Virus record (IMG/VR): IMGVR_UViG_3300045988_164547
Location: 1-33,165 of that record
Length of the DNA: 33,165 nucleotides
Reading direction: 5' to 3' (one strand)
Source of the DNA: a virus
The notes under the pieces were generated by a model, which saw nothing but the letters and a program-made list of their open reading frames with translations, made no database searches and was not told the origin of the DNA. This document shows positions 1-9,499 of this stretch, piece after piece. Position 1 is the first letter of the stretch. Every line of letters starts with the position of its first letter. The translations under genes were made by a program, and so were the position numbers.

Positions 1-119
1 AAACAAAATGTTAGGACATCTGATTATATTTGGCGAGAACGCTTTTGGGAACTAAAGAATGTTTCTTCGGTCAATAGTGGAGACTATGGTCTTAGAAAAG
101 CGATTTCGCAAATTCAGAG
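1..119. repeat. Left copy of the exact 119-bp terminal direct repeat
   Basis: Bases 1-119 (aaacaaaatgttaggacatc...gcaaattcagag) are identical by eye to 33047-33165. Confidence 0.95.
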
Positions 120-279
120 TAACCCAGGCGGAGTTATACTTAAAATTTCAAACGAGGTAAAACTAACCGATCTTGAAAAACAACTTAAATCACGAGCAAA
201 AAGGAGCGACATCAGCGGTTTCGACATTCTTATTGCAAAAGAAAATAAAGTCATAAAGATAATTAGATATAAAAAATGA
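1..279 (+). CDS. 3' part of the MuF / minor capsid gene (C-terminal extension domain). Continues from 31694..33046 across the circular junction.
   Basis: Frame 1 is open from base 1 (KQNVRTSDYIWRERFWELKNV...IIRYKK) to TGA at 277-279. It is in frame with the ORF that runs off the right end. Confidence 0.85.
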   Translation, partial: KQNVRTSDYIWRERFWELKNVSSVNSGDYGLRKAISQIQSNPGGVILKISNEVKLTDLEKQLKSRAKRSDISGFDILIAKENKVIKIIRYKK

Positions 280-305
280 GAACACAGGCCAAGTCCGTGT
301 TCTCG
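271..305 (-). terminator. Intrinsic terminator oriented for the minus strand
   Basis: A 10-bp stem is followed by TTTTTT only on the minus strand. On the plus strand the same hairpin is followed by GGGGTAAAGG. Confidence 0.6.
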
Positions 306-347
306 GGGTAAAGGGCTAAATTTCCAGGCTAATCAATTCCCCTAACC
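271..347 (-). ncRNA. Candidate ~77-nt small RNA, convergent with and antisense to the 3' UTR of the MuF gene
   Basis: Minus strand has a TTGACT-17 nt-TATAAT promoter (382-354). About 40 nt of non-coding sequence with no ATG follows. It ends in a 10-bp hairpin GAGAACACGG/CCUGUGUUCUC (305-279) and a U6 tract. Confidence 0.5.
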
Positions 348-353
348 AATTAT

Positions 354-382
354 ATTATATGCCGTTTTCGCAGAAAAGTCAA
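354..382 (-). promoter_or_regulatory. Near-consensus sigma-A/sigma-70 promoter on the minus strand
   Basis: Reverse complement reads TTGACT (382-377), a 17-nt spacer, then TATAAT (359-354). A second overlapping TATAAT lies at 354-349. Confidence 0.55.
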
Positions 383-394
383 TCAACTTTATTG

Positions 395-425
395 AGCATC
401 ACGCTTATGGCAAGGTGCTTTTTTA
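395..425 (+). terminator. Possible intrinsic terminator of the portal-MuF transcript
   Basis: Interrupted stem AGCATC..GC / GC..GGTGCT followed by TTTTTT. Confidence 0.35.
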
Positions 426-525
426 ATGCTGTTTTTCAGCTTTTTAGCTGTTAAATATAAAATCACGGGACAAAACCCGTTAATCAAATGAGATAACTGA
501 CTCATCAGTTAAAAAGGAGTTTATT

Positions 526-1086
526 ATGCAAGATTTAATTGATATCTTGAAAGAAGAAGGTATCGAAGTACCGGAAGAGAAGAAAGACGGTTTAAGGCAG
601 AAGCACAGTAAGAATTACAAGGCTGTAGCTGAGTTTGAGAGAAAAGTAAACTCTCTCACAGACCAGCTCACAACTGCAAACGCAACCATTACAGATTTAA
701 AGAGCAAAACAACCGATGTTGACGCCCTTAATCAGCGAATCAAAGATTACGAGAAAGCCGACCAGGACAGAAAAGATGCCGAAGATAAGGCGAAGAAAAC
801 TCAACAGCTTAAAACTCGCTTTGACGCGCTGAAAGGAGACCGTACTTACCTCAACGAAGGTACTGAAAGTTGGATGTTCTCTGAGTTCCAGAAGGCTGTT
901 GCAGACCAAAACAATGCAAGTAAAAGCGATGCGGAAATATATGAGAACATTACCAAAGATAAAAACATATTCACACCGAAAAACGAAAGGTTCAAGAATC
1001 CGTCCGCAGGTAACTCACATCATCAAACGAGCGATGAAGCTTACCTTGCCGAGTATTACAAGAACAACCCGTTTTTCAAGAAATAA
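526..1086 (+). CDS. Scaffolding protein (Phage_GP20-like)
   Basis: 186 aa, highly charged coiled coil, AAAGGAG RBS, immediately upstream of the capsid gene. Confidence 0.7.
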   Translation: MQDLIDILKEEGIEVPEEKKDGLRQKHSKNYKAVAEFERKVNSLTDQLTTANATITDLKSKTTDVDALNQRIKDYEKADQDRKDAEDKAKKTQQLKTRFDALKGDRTYLNEGTESWMFSEFQKAVADQNNASKSDAEIYENITKDKNIFTPKNERFKNPSAGNSHHQTSDEAYLAEYYKNNPFFKK

Positions 1087-1108
1087 TTAAAAAGGAGAAT
1101 TACTTACA

Positions 1109-1975
1109 ATGAGTATTATTTATGGCGCACTCAATGTTGACGAAAGGTATTCCTCAATCGTTGAGCCTAATCTTTATTATGACAGAGTTTTCGTACCCGG
1201 TGTAACATTCACCGATAAATACGAAGAAGGTCCTGCCGGAGCAATCTATGTTCACAAACTTACAGGTTCGGCAGCAGAACCCGGCACACCCGGCAGAGAC
1301 TTTGCGGACGAAGCAAGCCAGGATACGCTTATACCGATACTTCTGAACAACAACTTCCAGAAGTCACGAAAAATATACGGCGTACAGTCTAATGCTGTTT
1401 CATTTGCTGTTGCAAATGAACAACTTGCAGGAGTTATGAACGATATAGGCGAAGGCTGGGGGCAGTCCGGTAATGCTTGTCTTGTTCAGGAAGGCACCGC
1501 TTCTGCCGCAACTACAGCGATAACAAAGTCAAATGCGGTCGCTGCCCTTATAGCCGCTCGCAAAGAGCTTTCCGAAAAGAAAGCAAAAGCAAATACAGTA
1601 CTTTGCTCCCCTGCATATTATGCAGCGCTGCTTGAAGCTGCAGGCGATAAATTTACGCCCGTTCTTAACGACAATGTTGCGGCAACCGGCGCTATCGGCA
1701 GATACCTCGGTTTTAATATCATCGAGGATAACGGTTTATCGGCAGCCAGCGCAAAATATTACGACAAAACCGGTACTCTTAAGACCGTTGCATTTGATAA
1801 GGTTGATTTCATCATGTATAACTTTGAAGCGCTCTCAATCGTTTCAAACCTTGAGGCCTTCCGTCTTGTTGACAGCGAAAACTTTGTCGGCTCAAAGGCA
1901 CAGGGCGAAATGAACACAGGGTACACGGTAACAAATGCCGATGCAGCCCTCGTTCGTAAGCACGCAGCAGCTTAA
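1109..1975 (+). CDS. Major capsid protein
   Basis: 288 aa, strong RBS. Position after the scaffold gene and composition are typical of small HK97-fold capsid proteins. Confidence 0.75.
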   Translation: MSIIYGALNVDERYSSIVEPNLYYDRVFVPGVTFTDKYEEGPAGAIYVHKLTGSAAEPGTPGRDFADEASQDTLIPILLNNNFQKSRKIYGVQSNAVSFAVANEQLAGVMNDIGEGWGQSGNACLVQEGTASAATTAITKSNAVAALIAARKELSEKKAKANTVLCSPAYYAALLEAAGDKFTPVLNDNVAATGAIGRYLGFNIIEDNGLSAASAKYYDKTGTLKTVAFDKVDFIMYNFEALSIVSNLEAFRLVDSENFVGSKAQGEMNTGYTVTNADAALVRKHAAA

Positions 1976-1995
1976 AGAAAGGTGGCGGTTGAATA

Positions 1996-2427
1996 ATGTT
2001 TTTGACATTTGAAGAGTATAAAGCTATGGGCGGTACGCTTGCTGAAACAGATTTCAACCGCCTCTCTTATAGGGCGGAACAAACTCTTAACTCTTACACT
2101 TTTGGCAGAATAAAGGTTCCCGACAACCGTGTAAGAAGGTGTATGTTTGATTTAATTGACTGCGAAAGCGAAAAGGAGCAAAACGCAGGACTAAAAAGCG
2201 TCTCAAACGATGGATACTCTGTCACATACCAAAGCACACAAGAGGCAACCGAAGCGGAATACGATATTATCTATCGCTATTTCGCTTCTACGGACATCCT
2301 CTATCAAGGTGTCGATGGAATCGGCGAGTATGAGCCGGAAAGCGCAGATGGTTACGATTATCTTATGGTTAAGGTCGAGAGTGAAAGCGAGGATTATGAC
2401 CGTTTGAAGGTGGTTAAGAATGCTTAA
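1996..2427 (+). CDS. Head-tail connector / adaptor protein
   Basis: 143 aa, directly after the capsid gene. The call rests on synteny. Confidence 0.5.
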   Translation: MFLTFEEYKAMGGTLAETDFNRLSYRAEQTLNSYTFGRIKVPDNRVRRCMFDLIDCESEKEQNAGLKSVSNDGYSVTYQSTQEATEAEYDIIYRYFASTDILYQGVDGIGEYEPESADGYDYLMVKVESESEDYDRLKVVKNA

Positions 2428-2836
2428 TTATTGGAACAAAACAGTTACTATATACAACAAATACGAAGACGGTGACGGACTGCTACACTATTACAGGCGA
2501 GTCCTTAACAACTGCTTCTGGAAAGAAACAAATAATAAAGTTACTGTTTCCAATGTGACATTACAGAGCAACAATCACATAATCAGAATACCTCAATCAA
2601 AAGACTATATGTCCCCTCTTGAATGGCAAGGTTTGGCTGACAAGTCAAACGCCTTTACGCTTCAAACGGGTGATATTGTTATCAAAGGCGATGTATCATT
2701 TGAGATTAACGAACTCGAAGACGGACATCGCCTTAATGACTTCTTGGCGCTATACAAACAAGGTATCGCAACAATAGTCTCTATTAACGATAATACGGAC
2801 CTACCCAACGCTCATTATTTTATCAAAGGAGAATGA
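2420..2836 (+). CDS. Head closure / head-tail joining protein
   Basis: 138 aa, overlapping start, syntenic position. Confidence 0.45.
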   Translation: MLNYWNKTVTIYNKYEDGDGLLHYYRRVLNNCFWKETNNKVTVSNVTLQSNNHIIRIPQSKDYMSPLEWQGLADKSNAFTLQTGDIVIKGDVSFEINELEDGHRLNDFLALYKQGIATIVSINDNTDLPNAHYFIKGE

Positions 2837-2837
2837 C

Positions 2838-3302
2838 ATGGATTATATCACACCGTTTATCAAATGGCTTTTGACATGTCCCTATGTCCGAAAAAACAAA
2901 GTTTTTGCAAACGCTCTGCAAGCACAAAAAGACAACATCGAGATTGTAACGCAGCAAATCTCCCGCTCACAGGATAAATGCTACATTGACGGCTCTGTTT
3001 TGCACCGTGTTGTCTTTACTGTGTTTGACTATAAAAGTATATCTTTTAACCAGCTTGTAAAGACAATGGTTGACAAGAACGAAAATGTCGCAAATCTCCT
3101 TGAGACAAGACAACTCATCGATTGGATTGCCGAGCAGCGCAAAAACGGCAATTACCCCGATTTCGGCACAAATTGCATTGTTCAAGATGTTTATACGGAA
3201 TACTCATCTCCAAGCACACCGAGCGTTGATAATACTGCAACTCCGGCAATTGCACGATACTCGCTTCCTATAATATGTGAGGTGCTTGATTATGGCAGTT
3301 AA
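2838..3302 (+). CDS. Head-tail joining / tail completion protein
   Basis: 154 aa, AAAGGAG RBS, syntenic position. Confidence 0.4.
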   Translation: MDYITPFIKWLLTCPYVRKNKVFANALQAQKDNIEIVTQQISRSQDKCYIDGSVLHRVVFTVFDYKSISFNQLVKTMVDKNENVANLLETRQLIDWIAEQRKNGNYPDFGTNCIVQDVYTEYSSPSTPSVDNTATPAIARYSLPIICEVLDYGS

Positions 3303-3681
3303 TCAAGATGTTTCGTTCTATATGGAAAAAGCTTTGAAAAAGGCGACCTCGCCCGATGTAAAGCGTTATTTTTTAATAGAATGGTACAGAAAAATGTTTC
3401 CATATATTCCATTCGTTACGGGTACACTTGCCAGTACAATGGATATAGAAATACAACACTCGCCCGAAACCGCTATGGAGACAGGGCTTGAAAATATTGA
3501 CCAAAACATACACTTTAAGGCTCCGTATGCTTCTAATATGTATTACGGAGACGGATTTAATTTTACCAAAGACCAACACCCCTTGGCGCAAGCAAGATGG
3601 GCGCAGGTCGCCGCCGAACTTCACGGCCAAGAGTTGGTTGACAACCTAAAAAAATATATACGAAGGGAGATTTCTAAATGA
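3292..3681 (+). CDS. Tail terminator-like minor structural protein
   Basis: Start moved to ATG 3292 (MAVNQDV), which follows a GAGGTG RBS. Located upstream of the major tail gene. Confidence 0.4.
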   Translation: MAVNQDVSFYMEKALKKATSPDVKRYFLIEWYRKMFPYIPFVTGTLASTMDIEIQHSPETAMETGLENIDQNIHFKAPYASNMYYGDGFNFTKDQHPLAQARWAQVAAELHGQELVDNLKKYIRREISK

Positions 3682-4217
3682 CAGATACACAGTTAAAAAC
3701 ATTTCTCGATACTTTCAAGCATAGCGGAACGGGAGATGTCAAGCGTGAATTGTTTATTATCTTCGGTAGAAAAGGTAATACGGGCGATTTTATTCCGCTC
3801 GGCTACAAGCAAGAAAGCGCCGCAATCGAGAACAATTACAATGAAAATTCTGTAAGAGACGTACTCGGGAATGTGTATAACGATATCATCTCAAAGGATG
3901 AGCAGATATCAATGAGCGAATACCATAACAATCCGAGCGCCTCGCCGTTCCTCGATACAGCGTGGATGTATACTCTTGCGGGGCTCGAAAGCGAGCTTGA
4001 AGACTATGAACTTCTTATGGTTAGCGCTTGGCTGGTTAACGAAAGCGGCGAGTTCTTCGCAAGAAACGTATCCGGTGTTCGCCTCAAGCTCGACAATATG
4101 GGCGGACAGAGCTATACAATGGCCGATGTTACATTCTCGGGTATTTCAAGAGGAAAATTCGGTACCGTATCGAGTTTGGCCAAGCCTGAGTTCAAGGAAA
4201 ATACACCTACGGCGTAA
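3678..4217 (+). CDS. Major tail protein
   Basis: 179 aa, ATGA-coupled start, located just upstream of the chaperone pair and tape measure. Confidence 0.6.
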   Translation: MTDTQLKTFLDTFKHSGTGDVKRELFIIFGRKGNTGDFIPLGYKQESAAIENNYNENSVRDVLGNVYNDIISKDEQISMSEYHNNPSASPFLDTAWMYTLAGLESELEDYELLMVSAWLVNESGEFFARNVSGVRLKLDNMGGQSYTMADVTFSGISRGKFGTVSSLAKPEFKENTPTA

Positions 4218-4277
4218 ATCCAAATACTTTTGGCAAGGATGGTGTTGTACCGTCCTTGCCGAATTAGGAGTAATAAA

Positions 4278-4790
4278 ATGGCAAATGTTATAAATTTTGA
4301 TATATCCGACAACAGGGTCGAATATCGACTCGGTAAGAGCGACCGAACAATTCTTATAGATACGGGCGACATAAATCTTCCCGTTCGTTTATCGGCTGCT
4401 ATGGACTCCCTCAACTCATATTTTACTAAAATGAACAACAAATTCGGTGTGAAAACACTTGAAGATATAGACAAGGTAAAAACAGGCAACGTTGAAGACG
4501 ATGTTGCATTACTTAAGCAAACGGATATAGATGTCCGTAAAATCATAAATGCAGCGTTTAACACTTGCAGCGAAAACGAGCCCGATTTTTACGATATATG
4601 CAAGGCCGCATTCGGTGAGGCAAATTGTTGTTCGGTTTCAAAGAAGAGCGGCAATTATTATTTTGAGGACTTTCTAATCGCTTTGTATCCGGTTATCGAA
4701 GCGGAATACAATGTCCGAGTCGATAAGCTCAAGAATAAGGTTGCAAAATACACGGCTCTAAAGGGAAAGTATTCAAAGAAAGGTAAATAA
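4278..4790 (+). CDS. Tail assembly chaperone
   Basis: Start taken at ATG 4278 (MANVINFD) after a TTAGGAG RBS. It is the first of two ORFs before the tape measure. Confidence 0.5.
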   Translation: MANVINFDISDNRVEYRLGKSDRTILIDTGDINLPVRLSAAMDSLNSYFTKMNNKFGVKTLEDIDKVKTGNVEDDVALLKQTDIDVRKIINAAFNTCSENEPDFYDICKAAFGEANCCSVSKKSGNYYFEDFLIALYPVIEAEYNVRVDKLKNKVAKYTALKGKYSKKGK

Positions 4791-4792
4791 CA

Positions 4793-5356
4793 ATGGTTCT
4801 TGACCTTCCTAAAGAATTAGAAGTTAATGGCGTCAATCGCTCGATTAACAGCGATTTCAGGGATATTATATCGATAATGTCAGCACTTAACGACCCCGAA
4901 CTATCTCCACGAGAAAAAAACTTTGTTCTCTTAACTAATTTTTATGCCGAAGATGATATAAGCGAGCTCGGCGACCTTGAGGAAGCGGTTAAAAAGGCTA
5001 TATGGTTTATAGATTGGGGAAAAGAATATTCTGAGAAAGAAAAAGCACCATCCAAGCTGTTAGATTGGGCTAAAGATTATAACTATGTGGTGTCGGCGGT
5101 AAATCGCCGTGTAAAAACGGTAGAAGATGTCAGAGAGCTTCCATACCTGCATTGGTGGACTTTCCTTGGGTACTTCGCTGAGCGAGGACAATGTCAGATA
5201 TCATATATTATAGAAATTCGAGATAAAATCGCAAGAGGCAAGCCGCTTGATGCAGCGGACAAAGAGTTTTACAAAGCTAACAAGACAGATATAGACCTCG
5301 ATAACGAAAGGGATACTGAGCTTGAAGCTGTATTGTGGGGGGATAAAAATGGCTGA
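4793..5356 (+). CDS. Tail assembly protein (Phage_Gp15-like)
   Basis: 187 aa (EVNGVNRSINSDFRDII...), the conserved position immediately 5' of the tape measure. Confidence 0.5.
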   Translation: MVLDLPKELEVNGVNRSINSDFRDIISIMSALNDPELSPREKNFVLLTNFYAEDDISELGDLEEAVKKAIWFIDWGKEYSEKEKAPSKLLDWAKDYNYVVSAVNRRVKTVEDVRELPYLHWWTFLGYFAERGQCQISYIIEIRDKIARGKPLDAADKEFYKANKTDIDLDNERDTELEAVLWGDKNG

Positions 5357-7304
5357 TTTAGTACTTGATGTTGATTGGGACATATCCGAAGCGGAAGCGA
5401 AGCAAAGGAAACTCAATCGATTATGGGAAGAAAGCAAGTCCAAAGAAGAGCTTATAAGGAAAGAGGCTGAACGCATTAAAGCACAAATCGAAGCCGAAAA
5501 ACAAAAACAACTTGAAATTAACGAAGCTCGCAAGGAGCAACTTCGCATAGCAAAAGAAACGGAAAGAAAGCTGTCCCTCATAAATAGCGGTAAGGCAACA
5601 CCCGACCAACTTATTTCGTGGGGCGGAAAATCATCTGTCGAATCTCAGCTTGCGGCTCAAGAGAAAGAAGTTAAAGCACTTGATGAAGCTCGAGACAGAG
5701 CATATAACAACGAGCGAAATCTTACAACTACACTCGATAAACAAAATCTTAAACTTCAAGAACAAAAAGATAAAACCGCTGAGGTCGGAGACCAAATAGC
5801 ATCTAATTCAAAAAAGACCGCCGACCATACAAAAAAGACGGATAATGCTTTTACAAAGTTGGCAAAGCGTATATCCGGACTTGCCAAGAGTGCACTCATT
5901 TTTTCCGTTATCACTAAAGCTTTAACCGCGCTGCGCTCAATAGTTGCAGATAAAATACTTAAAGACAATGCGCTCAGCAAATATCTAACAAAGATAAAGG
6001 GAAACCTTGCTGTAATAGGCGAAACCTTATTCCAAACCGCAAAGCCTGTTATTGAATGGATTTTGCAAAAGGTAACTATTATAACACAACTTATCGCCAA
6101 TGTGCTTGCAAGGGTTATGCATAAAAATGTTAATGAGATGGCAAAATTTGCGAAGCAATCTCAAAAGGCAAGCAAGGAAGCAAAAAAAACACTGGCGTCA
6201 TGGGATACATTGCAACAGATAAATTCCGAAAAGGATACAACTACAAGTAATGTTACGCCGGATTATAATCAATTTGACGCTGCTTCTTGGACAGAAGATG
6301 AACTGCTTAAAATAGAGGCAATCGCCGCAGGAGCACTCCTCGCCCTTGGTTGTATTCTTGCGTTTTCGGGCGTTAACATTCCTCTCGGGCTTGCTTTAAT
6401 AGCTGCAGGAGCTGTTATTCTTGTCCGTGATGTCATTCCGAATTGGGATAAGATGAGTGACGAAACAAAAAAGACGATACAAACCATACTCGGGATTGCC
6501 GGGGCTGCGTTGCTCGTTATAGGAATCATATTATTGTGCTGCGGAGTTATTCCTCTTGGCATAGGAGCGATAGTTGCGGGAATATCTGTTCTTGGCATTG
6601 CTGCCGCCACGCTTGACTGGACCAAAATCGGACAAGGGGTAAAGGATGTTTTCGCAAAAATCATTGGAGTATTCGCAGGCTTAGGCATGGTTGTATTAGG
6701 TGTTATCCTATGCTTGACCGGCGTGGGAATTCCTATAGGTCTTGCTTTGATTCTTAACGGTATATCCCAGATGTGTTCCGGGACAACTTATGACTGGAAC
6801 ACTCTTGTCGAGAAAGTCAAAAAAATAAAAGAGGATATTCTGAATATTGTGAGCGACCTTTGGACGGGCATTAAGACCGGAAATAAGGATATGATAGTCA
6901 GCGTTGTAAACAGAGTCATTGACGCGCTCAACGGACTTATAGATAAGGCCAACGGCATGCTACAAGGGTTGTTTAATAAGCCCTGGGCCCAGTCGTTTTT
7001 TAGTTGGGCGGGCATTGATACTTCTAATTACGGTATCCCACATATTCCGCATGTATCGTTTCTCGCGAGCGGAGCCGTTATTCCGGGTGGCAAGCCCTTC
7101 CCCGCTGTACTCGGAGACCAGCCGAAGGGCAAAACAAACCTTGAAGCGCCTGAAGACCTTATACGACAGATTGTTCGAGAAGAAAGCAATAGTAACATCA
7201 CGGTTAACTTCACAGGTACAATGGCGCAGCTTGTTAGACTTATGAATCCCGAAATCAAAAGAGAGCAAAACAGAAGTACATTATGGGTCGGAGGCAATAC
7301 ATGA
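5349..7304 (+). CDS. Tail tape measure protein
   Basis: About 651 aa from ATG 5349. Coiled-coil N-terminus, then multiple Gly/Ala/Ile-rich hydrophobic segments. It is one of the longest genes in the tail module. Confidence 0.85.
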   Translation: MADLVLDVDWDISEAEAKQRKLNRLWEESKSKEELIRKEAERIKAQIEAEKQKQLEINEARKEQLRIAKETERKLSLINSGKATPDQLISWGGKSSVESQLAAQEKEVKALDEARDRAYNNERNLTTTLDKQNLKLQEQKDKTAEVGDQIASNSKKTADHTKKTDNAFTKLAKRISGLAKSALIFSVITKALTALRSIVADKILKDNALSKYLTKIKGNLAVIGETLFQTAKPVIEWILQKVTIITQLIANVLARVMHKNVNEMAKFAKQSQKASKEAKKTLASWDTLQQINSEKDTTTSNVTPDYNQFDAASWTEDELLKIEAIAAGALLALGCILAFSGVNIPLGLALIAAGAVILVRDVIPNWDKMSDETKKTIQTILGIAGAALLVIGIILLCCGVIPLGIGAIVAGISVLGIAAATLDWTKIGQGVKDVFAKIIGVFAGLGMVVLGVILCLTGVGIPIGLALILNGISQMCSGTTYDWNTLVEKVKKIKEDILNIVSDLWTGIKTGNKDMIVSVVNRVIDALNGLIDKANGMLQGLFNKPWAQSFFSWAGIDTSNYGIPHIPHVSFLASGAVIPGGKPFPAVLGDQPKGKTNLEAPEDLIRQIVREESNSNITVNFTGTMAQLVRLMNPEIKREQNRSTLWVGGNT

Positions 7305-7729
7305 TAACAATAGACGGTGTTAACTATAAAGCTAATTGGATTGAAAGCACGCTCAAACGCAACGCGGAAATTATAAACGGAGATGCTTCGGGAAGATTAC
7401 AGAATACAAAAGCAATGTACTTAGATTATGTCGGTACCTTTTATAACTATGACGGCGACTTGCGAAGAGACAAAGGCTGTTCCGATGCAGAGTGGGAAGC
7501 GCTATTTATCGTATTGACAAACCCGATTAACAACCATACCATAACAGTTCCTTTTGGCAATGGCACAATCTCAAATGAGTTTTATATTTCATCCGTAAAA
7601 AGTAAGCTCATCACTTCCGAGAGAGGACATAACGAATGGGATAAGACTTATTCTGTAACCTTTACATCAATGAGACCGCAAAGATTGGCAACCTCGCCAA
7701 ACACAATAACGGGGGTGTCATATGGTTAA
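7301..7729 (+). CDS. Distal tail protein-like (short)
   Basis: ATG 7301 after a GGAGG RBS, overlapping the tape measure stop. Located directly after the tape measure. Confidence 0.45.
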   Translation: MITIDGVNYKANWIESTLKRNAEIINGDASGRLQNTKAMYLDYVGTFYNYDGDLRRDKGCSDAEWEALFIVLTNPINNHTITVPFGNGTISNEFYISSVKSKLITSERGHNEWDKTYSVTFTSMRPQRLATSPNTITGVSYG

Positions 7730-9482
7730 TATAAGATATTCGACAGGGTCGTCAGAACTCAAATATATAAGTTTTGGAATTTACGGTCGGAGCCAATACA
7801 AGTGTACATTAAATGATGCAGTTTCAGCCTTCAACAAAACAACGCTATCAAGCTCTGATTTTACCGGATTCAAAGCGCATATAACACAAAGCAATGGAGT
7901 GACGCTTAGTTTCAATCATCCTAATGACGGATGGGATATAAGCCACGGAATTTTTTTCATCTTTTCAAAATATGAAAATGTAACCATAACTCCTAAGTTT
8001 GACAATCAAGACTCTTCTTGTGTTCAAATGTATAAAGATGACGATGGGTGGCAATCTTCGACAAGTCTTGTGATACAGTCCCCTATTATTAAATTGATAC
8101 CTACAACCGCTACTACAGCTAAAAAAATATCAATCAAATTCACTTGGGACGGAACTCCGCAAGATGTTCAATTTACATCAGTAATAATAGGCGGAGAGCT
8201 CATTCAATTTGAAAAAATATTATCTGCAGACTTAATCGAGGAGATGAACATTCTCAGCGATGATTTACCTATCAACGAATTCGATTTTTCAGTCGTGAGT
8301 CAGCAAGACCTGGCTCCGGGAAGTAAATTAAGCGTGTATTCGAACGATGAACATTTTGGTACATTCTGGACCGATAAAGTAGATAAAATCAGCCAGAATT
8401 ATTCCGGAACTGAAAAGGTATACACCCTTGAATGCGTTAATGCCATCGGAATCCTTGATAAGTGTTCTTTCGATGATTGTGACATCTCATTTCTTAACGG
8501 TCCTTTTACCACTTGGTCTTCTTTGAAAAACGAGCTAAAATCCAAAGCAAAATTGGAAATTCAACTGGAAAATGAAAAGGCCGAACCGAATTATGGCGTG
8601 TTAGGACTTGTGCCGGCTCAATCTCTCCGTTTCTTTCTTTGCGAATTTGCTTGGTCCATCTGCCGATGGATTGACACAGCGAGAAGAGATGATATATATC
8701 TGCGGAGCATTCCGAGTGCTGTAACGGTTACGATTCCCTCTGATTACGTTATCGGTAACGCGATCTACCAGAAACAGGATATAATAACGAAAGCCTATTG
8801 GACGCACCCTGTTGAAAATATAGATTGGGGCACAAGCGGTAATGTGCTTGGGACCATAACTCTTCCTTCCACTTCAACACTACGCAAGATATATTATGGC
8901 TCTCCCCCTGCTTGGGCGGATATTAACAATGAAAAATATAAGAACGTAAAGTGGAAAGCTAACTATTTTGAGTATCAATCGCAAGAAGCAACATCAAACA
9001 TATCTGTATTCGGCAGCCAGAACTTAACCGAAACTACAGAAATTCTCTCTCCCGGCACTCACACAACCATAACAGAGCGTAGTCAAGAATATAACAAGTT
9101 CGCATGCGTGGGAATAAGGAATTTTGAAGCAAAGACAGCCAAAGAATTTGGCCTCGATTCACCCCATAGCTTCATCTTTGACCTTATTAAAGCCGGGACA
9201 TATAATTCTTCAACACTATCCGGAGAAACCATTGACAGTGCTAACCTGATTGTAACTCAAAAGGTATCTGACATTCAAAAGCACATTCAAAGTACAGGGA
9301 TTGTAACTGCGACAATAATTCTAAAAGATAATCTTAAAAATCTCCAAGCCGGAGATATGGTTACCATAACAACAGCTTATGACGGTCAGATAACCGGTAT
9401 TATAACCAAGATGGAAATAAGCTTCGGATATAACAACACCGCACAAGTCGAAATCCGCGAAAGCTCAGCATTCATTAAATAA
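7722..9482 (+). CDS. Tail-associated / baseplate hub protein
   Basis: 586 aa, second gene after the tape measure. No lytic domain is recognisable by eye. Confidence 0.5.
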   Translation: MVNIRYSTGSSELKYISFGIYGRSQYKCTLNDAVSAFNKTTLSSSDFTGFKAHITQSNGVTLSFNHPNDGWDISHGIFFIFSKYENVTITPKFDNQDSSCVQMYKDDDGWQSSTSLVIQSPIIKLIPTTATTAKKISIKFTWDGTPQDVQFTSVIIGGELIQFEKILSADLIEEMNILSDDLPINEFDFSVVSQQDLAPGSKLSVYSNDEHFGTFWTDKVDKISQNYSGTEKVYTLECVNAIGILDKCSFDDCDISFLNGPFTTWSSLKNELKSKAKLEIQLENEKAEPNYGVLGLVPAQSLRFFLCEFAWSICRWIDTARRDDIYLRSIPSAVTVTIPSDYVIGNAIYQKQDIITKAYWTHPVENIDWGTSGNVLGTITLPSTSTLRKIYYGSPPAWADINNEKYKNVKWKANYFEYQSQEATSNISVFGSQNLTETTEILSPGTHTTITERSQEYNKFACVGIRNFEAKTAKEFGLDSPHSFIFDLIKAGTYNSSTLSGETIDSANLIVTQKVSDIQKHIQSTGIVTATIILKDNLKNLQAGDMVTITTAYDGQITGIITKMEISFGYNNTAQVEIRESSAFIK

Positions 9483-9499
9483 GGAGATGATAGAATAGA

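Noticed and set aside
279-305. The hairpin right after the MuF stop could be the MuF (+ strand) terminator.
   Set aside because: On the + strand it is followed by GGGGTAAAGG, with no T tract. The T tract exists only for the minus strand, so the hairpin is assigned to the convergent small RNA unit.
4112-4564. Long antisense or out-of-frame ORFs in the supplied track. Examples: 4112..4564 -, 5201..5581 -, 6269..6688 -, 12838-region + frames, 26316..26636 -, 28094..28498 -, 28706..29101 -, 29430..29828 -.
   Set aside because: Each lies entirely within, or opposite to, a longer ORF that has an RBS, syntenic sense and recognisable motifs. None has its own Shine-Dalgarno. They are shadow ORFs.
4700-4800. 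Programmed ribosomal frameshift joining the two tail-chaperone ORFs, as in lambda G/GT.
   Set aside because: The two ORFs are separated by a stop (TAA) plus 2 nt. The second has its own ATG. I saw no slippery heptamer near the end of the first ORF. They are treated as two independent genes.
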